Notes: a model not told the origin generated them from the sequence alone. Shown: positions 31,281 through 43,068, counted from the stretch's first letter. The stretch: DNA of 64,000 bases from Nitrospirales bacterium (GCA_965223295.1 CBDCWC010000002.1:352001-416000), one strand, 5' to 3'. A program made the numbers and translations.

Positions 31281-31691
31281 CTAGGATTGTTCACCCGTTT
31301 TTTTCTCAAGAGACATCACGTTGAATTGCTTTGCTTGCCCGTGATGCCAGGCAATTTGCTCCCGAAGCTCCTTAAGTTCGGCTCTGTGGGATCCCATGAG
31401 CAATTTCCACCCTTGTCGCTTCACTCCTTTCGGATCCAAATAGGGTCTTTCCGTGAACCTTGCTATTCGTTGTTCTAAGTGATTCACTTTAGAATCCAGG
31501 CGTGCAGCCGTTTCTTCAAATAGGTTGGCCGCCATCAAATGCTCTTCTGCCGTCCATTGGTTTGCGATCTGCTCAGGGGAGGGGGTGCCAGGCTTTTCGA
31601 CAGTTTCTGCCAGGCCAAACCCGACAAGACTTGCTACCCCAACAATTGCCAGAAAAACTACGATGCCTTTCCCAGTGTGTTTGGTATCCAT
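31281..31691 (-). CDS. Secreted helical hypothetical protein
   Basis: RBS AGGAGGAG, signal peptide, coiled-coil-like body with His residues. Confidence 0.7.
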   Translation of the reverse strand: MDTKHTGKGIVVFLAIVGVASLVGFGLAETVEKPGTPSPEQIANQWTAEEHLMAANLFEETAARLDSKVNHLEQRIARFTERPYLDPKGVKRQGWKLLMGSHRAELKELREQIAWHHGQAKQFNVMSLEKKTGEQS

Positions 31692-31961
31692 CAGTGCTCC
31701 TCCTATTAAATGTTTCTTTGCCCTATGGGCACTTTTTTGTCCCTTCTTGTTCAGGTAACAAAGCCTAACAGAGATGGAGACAATACGATTGGCATTGCAT
31801 TAAAGATAATAACAATATAACAGAAATCAAGAGCGTCGTTCTGCTTGTTGTGCCTGAGCATCCGTTATCAAGAGAGGGGGGTGCTAACACAGTGGGTTCG
31901 CGCATAGCAAGGAGTTTGCCCTTCATAGGCCAGTTGCTTCTTGCCCCCTTCCTTGATAGTG

Positions 31962-32291
31962 CTATGCAGCCCGTATCTCAAAGGTCTGGAGACTCTGGTA
32001 ACCCAGAGCCGCATGCAACCGCTGACCAATGTAAAGCGTGGTCGGGTGATCGATCACAGCTTCCGTCGCTTGAGTCCGTGTCTCCGGAGACGGTCTCAGA
32101 AAGCCTTCTTCTTTCAGGCAGCGGAACACCTGTTCCAGGACCGCATGACTATACGAACGTCCCTTGATAAGTTGGTGTTTCGTTTGAATTGTTGGATGCC
32201 TGAAAACAGGGGGCATCTTTCGGTCGAATAGTTGATACTGCGGCTCATACGATACGTAAAACCTACTAGGTGGTGTCAGGATGATATACAC
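31962..32291 (-). CDS. Hypothetical protein
   Basis: 109-aa ORF 40 bp downstream of the co-oriented lipoprotein gene. Confidence 0.55.
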   Translation of the reverse strand: MYIILTPPSRFYVSYEPQYQLFDRKMPPVFRHPTIQTKHQLIKGRSYSHAVLEQVFRCLKEEGFLRPSPETRTQATEAVIDHPTTLYIGQRLHAALGYQSLQTFEIRAA

Positions 32292-32330
32292 GAAACAATT
32301 GGCTAGGGCCTTGTTTTGATTGCTGTATAG

Positions 32331-33536
32331 TCATTTGGCAATCGTGATACTGGGAGGTGCGGCCTTTAGTTCTTCTGTCACGGTCATTTGATAGAGTTGA
32401 TAGAGCAGGCGAAAGGCTTCTTGATTCCAGGATTCATCCTCCTGGTCACTAAATGAATAATATTCTCCTTCATAAGTAGCCACTAAGATTGCATCTTCCG
32501 GTAGTGTCTTTGTTTCAATAATCTCAAACGTTCGAACTGGGTTTTCGGTCACATCTCCAGTGATAGGATCGGGGTCCACATGGTACTCGGGTTCTTCCTC
32601 CATCGTGCGACCAAGAAAATTCAGAATGGTATGAAAACTTCGAAGGCGAAAATCGCCATGGATTGGAAGCTCGCCACCAGGAAAGCCCGGTCGAATATCA
32701 ACCAATAAATCGTTTGGCGGCCAGCGCTCGGCTTTTTTTTGTAGAACAAAGCGTTCATCGGGAGAGAGCAGATCAGGGTCATAATTCGTAATGACGATGC
32801 GCCCCACGATGCGTTTTTGCAAGATATAGGTGTTTGTGGCTGTGTCATAGGACACCTGATATTCTTTTTCCAAGGTAGAGAAGTCTTCCCCAGACAATCC
32901 CGAGAAGGGAATGGTCCATTCACGTTCTAGGACTAACGGCTCCACGTATAATTGATTTGTGTCCTGTAATTGAGATAAATGCAGAACGGCTCGACGAAAG
33001 ATGGGGTACCCCATTTTGTCGGAGGGCCTATTGTAATAGGCAATTTCCCCTTCGCCATGAAAGATGCGCAGTTCTTCAGCCATTAATCGTAACAGTAAGT
33101 CAATGTCGACGCCTTGACGAAGAAGGAGCGTCAGTTTGTATTCTTGTAATGGGGTGAGGAGGCGTTTGGTAAAATCTTCTCCGTCAATTGGTGAAATGCT
33201 GATTGTGGGGTTTTCGGCAACACTCGTTCCAAAAAGAGGAGCGAGAGAAAATCCTCCATCGACTCCGCCGAGTGGAGGAGTGGCGCCCGCGTTCGCGCGA
33301 AAATCAAATGTTGCCGCAATATTGGATACGCCCGTAAAGTGAATGGGCTGATGGTGGTGGGCTCTTGCAATGTTGATTAGTAGTTGCTCCACCATTGTGT
33401 TTGTGACGGCATAGTCATAAGCCACGACAGCTTTTTCCATAGAATAAGGAGACAGGCATCCCGAAAGGCTGAGCAGCAGACAGCCAATGAACAGAACAAG
33501 TTTCAGGAGTGCTCTTAGGGTATTATTTGTGTCGAT
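32331..33536 (-). CDS. Conserved hypothetical lipoprotein with a probable non-canonical (ATC) start
   Basis: The frame extends upstream of ATG 33440 through a signal peptide and lipobox (LLLSLSGC) to ATC at 33536, 6 nt after TAAGGAGG. Confidence 0.7.
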   Translation of the reverse strand: MDTNNTLRALLKLVLFIGCLLLSLSGCLSPYSMEKAVVAYDYAVTNTMVEQLLINIARAHHHQPIHFTGVSNIAATFDFRANAGATPPLGGVDGGFSLAPLFGTSVAENPTISISPIDGEDFTKRLLTPLQEYKLTLLLRQGVDIDLLLRLMAEELRIFHGEGEIAYYNRPSDKMGYPIFRRAVLHLSQLQDTNQLYVEPLVLEREWTIPFSGLSGEDFSTLEKEYQVSYDTATNTYILQKRIVGRIVITNYDPDLLSPDERFVLQKKAERWPPNDLLVDIRPGFPGGELPIHGDFRLRSFHTILNFLGRTMEEEPEYHVDPDPITGDVTENPVRTFEIIETKTLPEDAILVATYEGEYYSFSDQEDESWNQEAFRLLYQLYQMTVTEELKAAPPSITIAK

Positions 33537-33607
33537 AATTTGCCTCCTTAATCCTGTTGTTGAAATGACGGAATGACGACCATCAGAAAAATCCTATGGT
33601 CACATAA

Positions 33608-36331
33608 CTATTCTTTAGTGGGATATTGTTCCATGAGTTTTGCTACCAGCGCTGTCCAGCCAGTTTGATGATTCGCGCCAAGACCTGCTCCGTTATCTCC
33701 ATGAAAATATTCATGGAATTGAATAAGCTCTTTCCAATTTGGATCGTTCTGAAACTGGTGAATGCCCCCATACACAGGCCTGCCATCATGTTCATCTCTG
33801 AGAAAAATCTCAATGAGACGGTGAGCCAATTCGCCTGCAACGTTCCAAAGTGATGCATAATGGCCGGATCCAGTGGGGCATTCAATCGTATAAGAGTTTC
33901 CGAAGAAATGATGGTATTTCTGAAGAGACTCAATCAAAAGATAATTCACGGGAAACCATATCGGACCACGCCAATTGGAGTTGCCACCAAAATCTGGCAC
34001 GGTTGATTCAGCTGGTTCATATTTGACTTGAAAGGTATTGTCATTCGCCTGCAACATAAAAGGCGCGTCGTGATGATATTTCGACAGTGAGCGAATGCCA
34101 TAAGGCGATAAGAACTCCTGTTCATTGAGAAGGGCACGAAGGACGCGTGGGAGGCGGTTCTCTCCTACGATGGATAGCATGCGCCGAACCTGTCCATCCC
34201 GATGCATGCTTGTGGCAACATGACGCTGAAATTCTGGCCGATTCTCTAAAAACCAAAACATGCGCCGCCTAAATTCAGGCAAGGCATCAACGATTTCGGA
34301 CTCAATCGTTTCGACAGCAAAGAGCGATATTAATCCGACGATGGATCGGATCTTCATTTTTTTGTGCTCGCCATTGGGAAGATGTAGGACATCGTAATAA
34401 AATCCATCCTGTTCATCCCATAAATCGAGGCACTCGTCTCCTTTCCCATTGATGGCATGGGTGATGTAGACGAAATGTTCGAAAAATTTACTCGCGGCTC
34501 CTTCATACACAGGATTCTCCTTGGCCAACTCCAACGCTATCGCAAGCATGTTGAGACAATACATTCCCATCCAGCTTGTCCCATCGGATTGATCAAAATG
34601 GCCTCCTGTCGGCAGTTCTTTTGAGCGATCGAAGACTCCAATGTTATCCAAACCGAGAAATCCACCTTGAAAAAGATTTTTTCCATCGAAATCCTTACGA
34701 TTAACCCACCAGGTAAAGTTCAGCAGCAGCTTGTGAAAGACCTGTTCCAGAAAACTTCGATCGGCTTTCCCTTTGATGCGTCTGTCGATCTTATAGACTC
34801 GCCAAGCCGCCCAGGCATGGACGGGAGGGTTGACATCATCGAAGGACCACTCATATGCCGGGAGCTGACCGTTAGGGTGCATGTACCATTCACGTAAAAA
34901 TAAGAGGAGTTGTTCCTTGGCAAAGTCTGGGTCAATGAGAGCCAGAGGAATGCAATGAAACGCTAGATCCCAGGTGGCGTACCAGGGGTATTCCCATTTG
35001 TCGGGCATGGAGATGACATCGGCGTTATACAAGTGTGTCCATCTGCCATTGCGGATCTGGTCTCGTCTGGGCGGGGGCGGGGGACTGCCTGTATCACCTT
35101 GGCTCCAAGTCCGGACATCATAGTGGTAAAACTGCTTTGACCAGAGCAGGCCTGCAAAGGCTTGCCGTTGGATACGCTCTTCGTCAAGAGACAAATCGTG
35201 TGAGCGTATGGCATAGAATTCATAGGCTTCTGCTTTTCGTTTGGCAAAGGTTGCATTGAACGTTGCCTTAAATAGCGCTGCTGTAGGAGACTGATTGGTG
35301 AGCCGAAGTTTGAGTGTAGCCTGTGAATGAGGTGAAATGTGTAGTTGATAGCAGGCAGCAGCTTTTGTGCCGATTTGATCAGGGTGAACAGCGTGAGGTT
35401 CCTTCTGGATGAGATAGCGATGAAATGCATCTTTGACGTAGGGGGTGGGATTAGGTGAGCCCCATAGGCGTTCTCGATTGGACTCGTTTTCAGTAAAGAG
35501 CAGTTCTGGGTCGCCGTCACACGCCAACCATCGTTTTCCGAAATAGCCATGTTCTGCCTCAATAGCGACGATGTCTTGCGAAGCGTCGTATGTTCGTAGA
35601 GCGGGTTTGTCCGTACCAGTCCCCCATGACCAGGTATTGCGAAACCACAGCGTTGGACAGAGGAATAAAGGGGAAAGCTCAGCTCCACGATTGAAGGCAG
35701 TGACTTTGATGAGAATATCTTCCGGGGTGGATTTAGCGTATTCGATAAACACGTCGAAATACCGATTCTCTTGAAAAATTCCCGTATCCAACAATTCGTA
35801 CTCATGGTCGTTTCGACTTCGTTTGTGATTTTCTTCAACAAGTTGTTGGTAGGGAAACGCCTGTTGTGGGTACTTATAAAGAAATTTCATGTAGGAGTGA
35901 GTCGGTGTGGAATCGAGATAGAAATAGTATTCTTTGACGTCTTCTCCATGATTGCCTTCCCGATTTGTCAGTCCGAAAAGACGTTCTTTGAGTATAGGAT
36001 CTTGGCCATTCCACAGGGTCAAGGCAAAACAGAGATATTGGTGGCGATCACAGAGGCCACCAAGGCCATCTTCCCCCCATCGATAGGCACGTGAGCGTGC
36101 ATGATCGTGAGAAAAATATTCCCAAGCTGAGCCATCCGCACTATAATCCTCGCGTACGGTTCCCCATTGTCGTTCACTCAAATAGGGGCCCCAGCGTTTC
36201 CAATGTTTCTTGTGGTTGTTTGATTCTCTCAACCGTCGTTCTTCCGAGGTCATTGGTGTCTTTCTGGATGAGTTTCTTTGTTGTTTCTTTTGTTTTGAAA
36301 CTCTTTGGGCCATACCTGAATTTCTTGCCAT
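33608..36331 (-). CDS. GH63 / MGH1-like glycoside hydrolase (glucosidase)
   Basis: [79 protein letters not shown]. Confidence 0.92.
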   Translation of the reverse strand: MARNSGMAQRVSKQKKQQRNSSRKTPMTSEERRLRESNNHKKHWKRWGPYLSERQWGTVREDYSADGSAWEYFSHDHARSRAYRWGEDGLGGLCDRHQYLCFALTLWNGQDPILKERLFGLTNREGNHGEDVKEYYFYLDSTPTHSYMKFLYKYPQQAFPYQQLVEENHKRSRNDHEYELLDTGIFQENRYFDVFIEYAKSTPEDILIKVTAFNRGAELSPLFLCPTLWFRNTWSWGTGTDKPALRTYDASQDIVAIEAEHGYFGKRWLACDGDPELLFTENESNRERLWGSPNPTPYVKDAFHRYLIQKEPHAVHPDQIGTKAAACYQLHISPHSQATLKLRLTNQSPTAALFKATFNATFAKRKAEAYEFYAIRSHDLSLDEERIQRQAFAGLLWSKQFYHYDVRTWSQGDTGSPPPPPRRDQIRNGRWTHLYNADVISMPDKWEYPWYATWDLAFHCIPLALIDPDFAKEQLLLFLREWYMHPNGQLPAYEWSFDDVNPPVHAWAAWRVYKIDRRIKGKADRSFLEQVFHKLLLNFTWWVNRKDFDGKNLFQGGFLGLDNIGVFDRSKELPTGGHFDQSDGTSWMGMYCLNMLAIALELAKENPVYEGAASKFFEHFVYITHAINGKGDECLDLWDEQDGFYYDVLHLPNGEHKKMKIRSIVGLISLFAVETIESEIVDALPEFRRRMFWFLENRPEFQRHVATSMHRDGQVRRMLSIVGENRLPRVLRALLNEQEFLSPYGIRSLSKYHHDAPFMLQANDNTFQVKYEPAESTVPDFGGNSNWRGPIWFPVNYLLIESLQKYHHFFGNSYTIECPTGSGHYASLWNVAGELAHRLIEIFLRDEHDGRPVYGGIHQFQNDPNWKELIQFHEYFHGDNGAGLGANHQTGWTALVAKLMEQYPTKE

Positions 36332-36672
36332 TGGGGTGTATCTCTTATTCTGTCAAAGAAATCAAGCTATGGAAACTGCTGGCTCATATTCCAATTTTCT
36401 ATCATGGTTCCATGAATAAGGAGGAAGACAGTTTGAATGGTTGAGAAGCAGACAAGCAATGAACATGACGAGATTGAAAAATATTCGTATATTTTTTCCT
36501 GTGTTGATAGATCGCTTCTTTTCTAAATCTACTCAACAAGAAACAGAAGAACCAGGAGAGGCTATCCTGCTCACGGTTGGTCGCTACGCAATGTGAACAG
36601 GATAGATCCATATAATACAATCTAGGGAAAAGCGTGATTAGTTCCCTAACCATGGGCTGAAGAATTTGCCAC

Positions 36673-37626
36673 TCAAGCGAATGGTTTTTTGAGGACGACT
36701 TTTACGCCGGCAATCGTTCCGGTGACGGCGTCGCGAACCTTTTCGCCTGCCGCTGAACTGATTTCACCAGCGGCAGTTAAGGCACTGGTCGCAGCTTCTG
36801 ATGCCGCTTCTGTGGTATTCACGCCGATTTCCTTGGCTCCTTCGATAGCGCCTTCGACGGCATGCTTGGCGGTCTCACCTACATCGCCTCCTACCTGGCC
36901 AACGGCTTTCACCATTGAACTTGCAGTATGACTCACAGTATCAAGAACTTTTCCGCCAACCTCCTGAGTGCCTTGTATGGCTCCTATCATGGAGTTTTTT
37001 ACTGTAGAGGCCAGATCTCCGCCAAGTTCAACGGTGGCTTTCACCAAACCTCCTGCCGTATGCCCAATGGTGTCAACTGCTGTTTCTCCGATTTCTTTTG
37101 CGGCATGTGCCGTCCCCACGAGGGTTTCTTTCACTGAGCCGCCTAATTCTCCACCTACCTCTGTGACTCCCTTGACAATAGCCGTAGATGTTTTGGTCAC
37201 GGCATCGACGACATTCTCCCCCATGTCTTTTGCGCCCACAATTGTCCCTTGAATAGCTCCCTTAGCTGTTTGGGCGATATCTCCTCCAAGATCCGAGGTG
37301 GTTTTAATCAACGTGGTCGTGCTGGTTCCGACTGCATCTAGGGTATTGGTTGCCACATCTTTTGTGCCTCCGACAACGCCTAAAATCACGCCTTTGGCGG
37401 CTGCCCCGACTTCTCCACCAACTTCCACTATTCCCTGAACTGAGCCGATGATCGTGTTTTTAATCAAGTCACCTGCCTCACTTCCAATGTCTTTCGTGCT
37501 TTTAAGCGCTGTGACTAAGGAGCCGCTCACCGTCTCTACGGTTGCATTGGTCACGTCTCCAACACCTTTAATTGCTTCAATAAGGCCATCTTTGGCTTTT
37601 GCAATGAATGATTGTTGGTCTGACAT
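36673..37626 (-). CDS. Uncharacterised 317-aa Gly/Ala/Val/Thr-rich protein of 22-residue amphipathic repeats (paralog A)
   Basis: RBS AGGGAGG; about ten tandem 22-mers such as VGGEVGAAAKGVILGVVGGTKD; colinear with 51877-52830. Confidence 0.85.
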   Translation of the reverse strand: MSDQQSFIAKAKDGLIEAIKGVGDVTNATVETVSGSLVTALKSTKDIGSEAGDLIKNTIIGSVQGIVEVGGEVGAAAKGVILGVVGGTKDVATNTLDAVGTSTTTLIKTTSDLGGDIAQTAKGAIQGTIVGAKDMGENVVDAVTKTSTAIVKGVTEVGGELGGSVKETLVGTAHAAKEIGETAVDTIGHTAGGLVKATVELGGDLASTVKNSMIGAIQGTQEVGGKVLDTVSHTASSMVKAVGQVGGDVGETAKHAVEGAIEGAKEIGVNTTEAASEAATSALTAAGEISSAAGEKVRDAVTGTIAGVKVVLKKPFA

Positions 37627-37806
37627 GGTATACCTCCCTTGTGGCTATGATGATAGGATGCTGAATGACGAAATGCTGAAAAGAATCTTTCGTGAGAATG
37701 ATATGTGGTTCATAATCTGTTTTTTTGTCTGTTTCACGTGTGTTCGATTGCTAGCATTTAAATATTAAATCATTACTTTATTTTTTAGGATTCAACGCAA
37801 TGTGTA

Positions 37807-40800
37807 CTAATTATTCGATTCCGGTGGTTGACCTTTTTCCTCCTTGGGTAGAGGAAGAGTGATAATGTTCTTTAACATGTCGATGGGGACTTGGGCTAAC
37901 CCTTTGATCCCTCCAGTGAACGAATCGATAGGTCGATAGGTCACTTCAGGTTTGGTTCTTGGACCTTTTACTTCAAACAAAGCTGTTAATAATCCCTTTC
38001 GCTCGCCTTTCATAAGAGAGCCAAACAGTGGGATATCTTTCAATAGATTAGAATAGGCTCCAAATGGACTGACCGCAATCATGCTTTCCAAATTTTCTGT
38101 GGGAATGTCATAGCTGCCGGCAGCCGTGAGTTTGATGACGGGGCTCTTTAAGGCCAAATTATCGGTCGTGAGAAGCCCTTGCTGAATGGAGAAATCTCCT
38201 GTGAGATCATCATAGGGAAGGCCTTCTTCTAAAAGGTTCACCTTGCCCATTAAGAGGCTTGGAATATTCAAGATCCCCAGAATTTTGGATAGCACCGGCC
38301 CGGTTTGAATTTTTCCTTTATGTAGTTGAACCTTACCTTTTCCCGTTAATGAACGTTGCATGTATTCCGGACTTTCCAAGTCCATCGACAGTGAAGTGGT
38401 CAATGAGGTTGTTCCAGTCAATTGTGGTGAAGAATCCGATTGAGCCATGAAAAGGCTTTCGATAGGAATTTCATTGAGGGTGATTTCTCCTTTCCCTTTC
38501 TGGTTTTTCTGGGCCCACTGGATTGAAGTTGATTGAAGGTTTATTGTTTCGTCTGACTTTATACTTTGTGCAGTACGGTTGCTTCCTTCTACTGATCCCT
38601 TCATCGTCCAAGTTTTCCAATCCCAGTTCTTTCCTTCTAGCCCCCACTTGACACCCAAACTGGTAAGGCGAAGGTTTCCATCTCCCAGGATGACTTTGGG
38701 AGGCAGGAGCGCTCCTGTTCCGCTTTCAGTTTGGAAAAACCCGCGAATAGATGGGGGGTCTGACCATACCAGTAGACCTTGGGCTTCTAGAGTATAAGGA
38801 AGGAGAGATAATGTCCCCTGAGTCATGCGGATGGACTGGTTATCTCGCACCGTGCCCTTTGCGTTGAATATTGCCGGGATCCCTGCAGGCTTATGTATGA
38901 TGCCTTTGACGGTCAGCGTCATTGGGGTGAGATCAACATTGGCCTGATACTTGGTGTGCTGTAGAGATCCTGAGAAGGACATAGTGCTGTCGATAGTTCC
39001 ATCGAGAGTCGAGAACGTTTCAGGAATAGAAGGGTAAAGAGCTTTAAGGTCAGATGAGGTAAGTTGACTTGTGATTGAGAGATCATTCGATTGAGAGTCT
39101 TTCCCAAATGACCATTGCCCTTTGATGTCTATCGGACTTTCGCCAAGTTGTCCTTTAAAATCTTGAATACGTAGGCCTTGGTTATCAAAGGATACGTGGC
39201 CATTGAGTTTTTGGAGTGCCAACCCATCTGACGCGGGAAAAAGATGAATGTCATCTAGCAATAATTTTGTCGCCAAAACTTGGAGTTGAGAGGGCTTGGC
39301 CAGAGAACCTTGTATATGTGTCGAGAACTGAAGGCTCCCCCGCGCATCATGATAAATGGTCAATGGTTCAAGGCTTGGTAGGTTACGAGGATCGCGCTGC
39401 AAGGCCTGGTAGACATCATGGGCTTTTAACGAGCCATTGCCATAGAGATCTAGCCAGATATCAGAACCGTTCCATTCAAGCGTGGCTTCTTTGACGAATA
39501 GCTGAGAAGCTGCGATGCTTCCTTTCACATCTACTAGCCGAACCAGATTAGATTCAAAGACAATTCCACCAGAAAGATTTTTCATCTGAGGGTGGTTTTG
39601 ATCGACCAAGACTTGCCCATCGGTGACTCGAAATACTCCCTCGGGCATAAGAGAGTTGGCGTCATCGTCTTTCCACGTCACTGATCCGGTGCGAAGTTCT
39701 ATTTCCCCGTCAATTTGTCGTTCGGCTAAAGTGGTACCAAGGGAAGCGGGGAGCCAGACATCGGGAAGTAAGGTCGAAAAACGTTGAATGGAGATTGGTG
39801 TGGATGATCCTGAAACAGTTAGCGTGGGCGGCATTGTCTGATTTGAGGTGAATTCTAGGATTCCGTGAAGTTTCCAGTCTTGTTCGGAAATCTGAAAATT
39901 GGGAATCTGAAGATCAAGAGCACCATGTTCTTGAAGTGTGAGTGATGCATGAGGAATAGAAATGTTGAATGGCGAGACCTTTCCCTGGACCTGTGAAAAT
40001 TGGAACGCAGAAGGAGTAAAGGTAATGGACCCTGAGATATTACGTATCAGGGGTTGCCCGACAGCAGGGAGATATTGACCGTTTTTCACCTGCAGAATTC
40101 CTTCAGCATTCGATGGGCCAATGGAAGCTAGAGGAATCTGAAAAGATCCCTGCTCAAGTTTTACAATTCCCCTGACTTGATGGTTATGAAGAATCGTCTT
40201 GACGTTTTCAGGTATCCAATCAGGTGGTAAGAGATTGGAGAGTTGTTCAAGAGCAAGAGGTGACGATGATCCTGAGATGTCTAGTTGCGGCGAATCCTGA
40301 AGCAAATCAGCCAGCAGACCCTGGCCGGATAATGTCCAATCGTTTAAGGAAATCTCAAACTCTGAGACTGTCAACAGATCAGTGTCATTTTGCAAGGCGT
40401 ATGAAACGTTTCCTAGAATGTTTGCAACGGTAGAAAGTGGTGGGTCCAATACCTGCTCATTCACAAACTCAACCAAGCGACCAAGGTTCAGTTGTGATCC
40501 TTCAATGTGTCCTTGGAATTCGAAGATGGGCGTCGTATCGTCCTCGATGAGGAGAGATTGATCTGATTCGAGAACTGTGAGCTTTCCATTAAGTGCAAGT
40601 GTGGAAGAATATTCTGGGTCTGCAATCTGTGCTGATAGGTGAATAAGAGAAGGCCCTTCGGTTGTTGTTTGCGTGATCGTGAGTTGTATCGGTTCGACAT
40701 CGAGCGCTGGTATTGTTTGGGCCTCAGACGAGGGAAGCAGGTGTAGGTGCCCGTTACGGACAGCCAATTCTTCTATGGCTGGCAAAGGTTCCGTGCTGGG

Positions 40801-41205
40801 TTCTTCGGAACTCTTGAGCAGCGAGATATCTATCGTCACATTGGGTTCATCGAGTGTGATGTGGTTGACTCTAAGAGTTTTCTGCCAGAATGATTGCCAG
40901 CCAATGCCTACGTTCAAGTGGTCGGCCTGGAAGGACACGTGCTTTGAGTCCTGTGTTTCAAATGTTACGCCTTTGGCGTCAACGGATGGAGAGGGAAAAA
41001 GGTCAAGGTTGAGAGATTGAATTTGAATGGGTCCACCGAGAGTCTGTTCAAGTTGGGACATCAGTGATGTTTTTATCCACTCCGTGTCAGACAAGACCGT
41101 AAGCGTGAAGATTATGATTCCTAGCACCAAGAAGCCACAGATGACGCTACCCCAGACGACACGGGGGAGCCAGGAAGAGAACGGGGCTGTGTGTGGTTGT
41201 TTCAA
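37807..41205 (-). CDS. AsmA-like (YhdP/TamB clan) large periplasmic protein
   Basis: N-terminal TM and AsmA-like start, long beta-rich internal repeats, C-terminal AsmA_2-like segment (LPYDDLTGDFSIQQG...FEVKGPRTKPEV). Confidence 0.82.
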   Translation of the reverse strand: MKQPHTAPFSSWLPRVVWGSVICGFLVLGIIIFTLTVLSDTEWIKTSLMSQLEQTLGGPIQIQSLNLDLFPSPSVDAKGVTFETQDSKHVSFQADHLNVGIGWQSFWQKTLRVNHITLDEPNVTIDISLLKSSEEPSTEPLPAIEELAVRNGHLHLLPSSEAQTIPALDVEPIQLTITQTTTEGPSLIHLSAQIADPEYSSTLALNGKLTVLESDQSLLIEDDTTPIFEFQGHIEGSQLNLGRLVEFVNEQVLDPPLSTVANILGNVSYALQNDTDLLTVSEFEISLNDWTLSGQGLLADLLQDSPQLDISGSSSPLALEQLSNLLPPDWIPENVKTILHNHQVRGIVKLEQGSFQIPLASIGPSNAEGILQVKNGQYLPAVGQPLIRNISGSITFTPSAFQFSQVQGKVSPFNISIPHASLTLQEHGALDLQIPNFQISEQDWKLHGILEFTSNQTMPPTLTVSGSSTPISIQRFSTLLPDVWLPASLGTTLAERQIDGEIELRTGSVTWKDDDANSLMPEGVFRVTDGQVLVDQNHPQMKNLSGGIVFESNLVRLVDVKGSIAASQLFVKEATLEWNGSDIWLDLYGNGSLKAHDVYQALQRDPRNLPSLEPLTIYHDARGSLQFSTHIQGSLAKPSQLQVLATKLLLDDIHLFPASDGLALQKLNGHVSFDNQGLRIQDFKGQLGESPIDIKGQWSFGKDSQSNDLSITSQLTSSDLKALYPSIPETFSTLDGTIDSTMSFSGSLQHTKYQANVDLTPMTLTVKGIIHKPAGIPAIFNAKGTVRDNQSIRMTQGTLSLLPYTLEAQGLLVWSDPPSIRGFFQTESGTGALLPPKVILGDGNLRLTSLGVKWGLEGKNWDWKTWTMKGSVEGSNRTAQSIKSDETINLQSTSIQWAQKNQKGKGEITLNEIPIESLFMAQSDSSPQLTGTTSLTTSLSMDLESPEYMQRSLTGKGKVQLHKGKIQTGPVLSKILGILNIPSLLMGKVNLLEEGLPYDDLTGDFSIQQGLLTTDNLALKSPVIKLTAAGSYDIPTENLESMIAVSPFGAYSNLLKDIPLFGSLMKGERKGLLTALFEVKGPRTKPEVTYRPIDSFTGGIKGLAQVPIDMLKNIITLPLPKEEKGQPPESNN

Positions 41206-41261
41206 AATATTGGCTGTGCCCTCTTTGTCAAAGAGCCACGGGAGGGTGGAGAACTCCAGAG

Positions 41262-41915
41262 TTACGGTACATCTTCGGTTTTTTCGTTATCTTGTAGTTT
41301 AGAAATGGGGTTCGGATCTTCAAACGGGCCAATTAAGTTGGTGCGGTGAAACTCAATGAAGAATAGGACCGTGTATTCGTTATAAAAAGTGAGAGCCTGT
41401 AGCCAGGGAGTTGAACGTAGAAATTGACCAGTGGCGGTTTCAAAGATATCCAACCGGAATCGACTGAACCCTGATTGATATTGAGCCGCATATAATGAAA
41501 TTTCTGGCAAGGAGAAGGGAATTAATACACTCTGAACGGGAGGCATGCCAAAGAATGATCGACTTTGTTCCGTGCCTAAACTTTGAACCAAGATTTGAAT
41601 GTGGTAGGAAGCCTCTTGACCATCCAGTGCAAGTCGCAATCCCTGTTCTCCTAACCAGCGGCCAACGGCGCCAATGAGAAAGCGGTGTTCGCTGGCTAGT
41701 CCAGTCGTCTCCAATTTGATCGTGGAGTCTACAGGAAGTGGAAGAGAGAACGCGTCCTTTCCCTCAAGGCTTTTTTCTATTGCCTGAGTGACGAGCAACT
41801 GCTCAATAGCCGTGGCCTGATCGGGTGTTGGCAGTTCTTTCATGACGGCGCAGCCTGTCGATGCGATGAGAAGAACGCAAAGGACTATGTGGGTTTTTAT
41901 AGCGTGGAGATTCAT
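41262..41915 (-). CDS. Hypothetical lipoprotein (DUF6655-like)
   Basis: Lipobox STGC, TAIEQLLVTQAIE, PEISLY. Start could also be 41984. Confidence 0.7.
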   Translation of the reverse strand: MNLHAIKTHIVLCVLLIASTGCAVMKELPTPDQATAIEQLLVTQAIEKSLEGKDAFSLPLPVDSTIKLETTGLASEHRFLIGAVGRWLGEQGLRLALDGQEASYHIQILVQSLGTEQSRSFFGMPPVQSVLIPFSLPEISLYAAQYQSGFSRFRLDIFETATGQFLRSTPWLQALTFYNEYTVLFFIEFHRTNLIGPFEDPNPISKLQDNEKTEDVP

Positions 41916-41976
41916 AGGTCGAGCGAGGAGATCCTGTGGCAGATTGTTGGACGATGCATCGGCACGTTGACACTTG

Positions 41977-43068
41977 TTACCCATGTTCCTCCTCATGAGA
42001 GAGAGTCTCGAGATCCATTTCTTCCTGTATTTCTTCGTGGAATTCGGCGACAACCTTTTCTGCCTTGGCTGTGTTATGCACCTTGGCGATATGAAATAGG
42101 GCATCGCCTTGATTCACGACTGGCAAGCTTGTTCGCCCAATGAGGATTCCAGCCGTTCCTGCTTCAATAAGTATTTCAGTGGTGCCCATCGGATCGGTCA
42201 CTCGGCCTACTTTGTCACCTTGTTTCACTTTAGCTCCCAGAGGTAATAACGACTGAAAAATTCCTCCTGTTGGAGTTCGCACCCAATACGAGGCTCGTGA
42301 AATGACGCTCTTGTTTTTTTTTGGTGGAAGGATTTTCCCAAGCATGCCCAGGGCTTGCATGACATGAATAATTCCTTTCACTCCAAGACGGATAGCCATT
42401 TCATCAAAACGTAAAGCTTCTCCGGCTTCATACAACATGGTTGGAATGTGTTTATCTGTCGCTGCCCTCCGTAGCGACCCGTCGCGAAGGTCAGAATGTA
42501 AAACCAAGGGCGCAGAAAACGAGCGAGCTAATTGTTCCATAACCGGATCTGTCAGGTCTGCTCTAATTTGCGGGAGGTTACTCCGATGAATGGCGCCCGT
42601 GTGGAGATCAATCCCATGTGTGCATCGTAAGACGACTTCTTGCATGAAGAGACGGGCCAATTGAGCCGCCAGAGAACCTTTTTCGCTGCCTGGAAAACTT
42701 CGATTCAAATCTCGACGATCAGGCAAGTATCGTGAGTGAGCCAAAAATCCAAATACATTGACGATGGGGACAGCAACGAGGGTGCCCCGTAATTTATTGA
42801 TGCGGCGTGTTTTGAGAATGCGGCTAATAATTTCCACTCCATTTAATTCATCTCCATGAATTGCTGCACTGATAAAAAGACGCGGTCCATCGTGTTTCCC
42901 ATGAATGATGTGGATAGGGATATCCATTGGAGTATGGTTGGAGAGTAAACTTACGGGTAAGTGTATGCTCCGCCGGGTACCGGGAGGAATGGCCGTGCCG
43001 CCAATTTCAAACGATTGGCGTGATGCCTTAGCCGCGACCGCGGGTCTTTGTTTTATTGGGTTTCGCAT
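41977..43068 (-). CDS. Succinylglutamate desuccinylase/aspartoacylase family protein
   Basis: [30 protein letters not shown] motifs. Start uncertain; ATG 43068 overlaps the end of rimK. Confidence 0.92.
   Translation of the reverse strand: MRNPIKQRPAVAAKASRQSFEIGGTAIPPGTRRSIHLPVSLLSNHTPMDIPIHIIHGKHDGPRLFISAAIHGDELNGVEIISRILKTRRINKLRGTLVAVPIVNVFGFLAHSRYLPDRRDLNRSFPGSEKGSLAAQLARLFMQEVVLRCTHGIDLHTGAIHRSNLPQIRADLTDPVMEQLARSFSAPLVLHSDLRDGSLRRAATDKHIPTMLYEAGEALRFDEMAIRLGVKGIIHVMQALGMLGKILPPKKNKSVISRASYWVRTPTGGIFQSLLPLGAKVKQGDKVGRVTDPMGTTEILIEAGTAGILIGRTSLPVVNQGDALFHIAKVHNTAKAEKVVAEFHEEIQEEMDLETLSHEEEHG

Noticed and set aside
34963-35841. 292-aa alternative-frame ORF inside GH63, and similar shadow ORFs such as 60245-60955
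   Set aside because: Fully nested in well-supported genes and lacking protein motifs.
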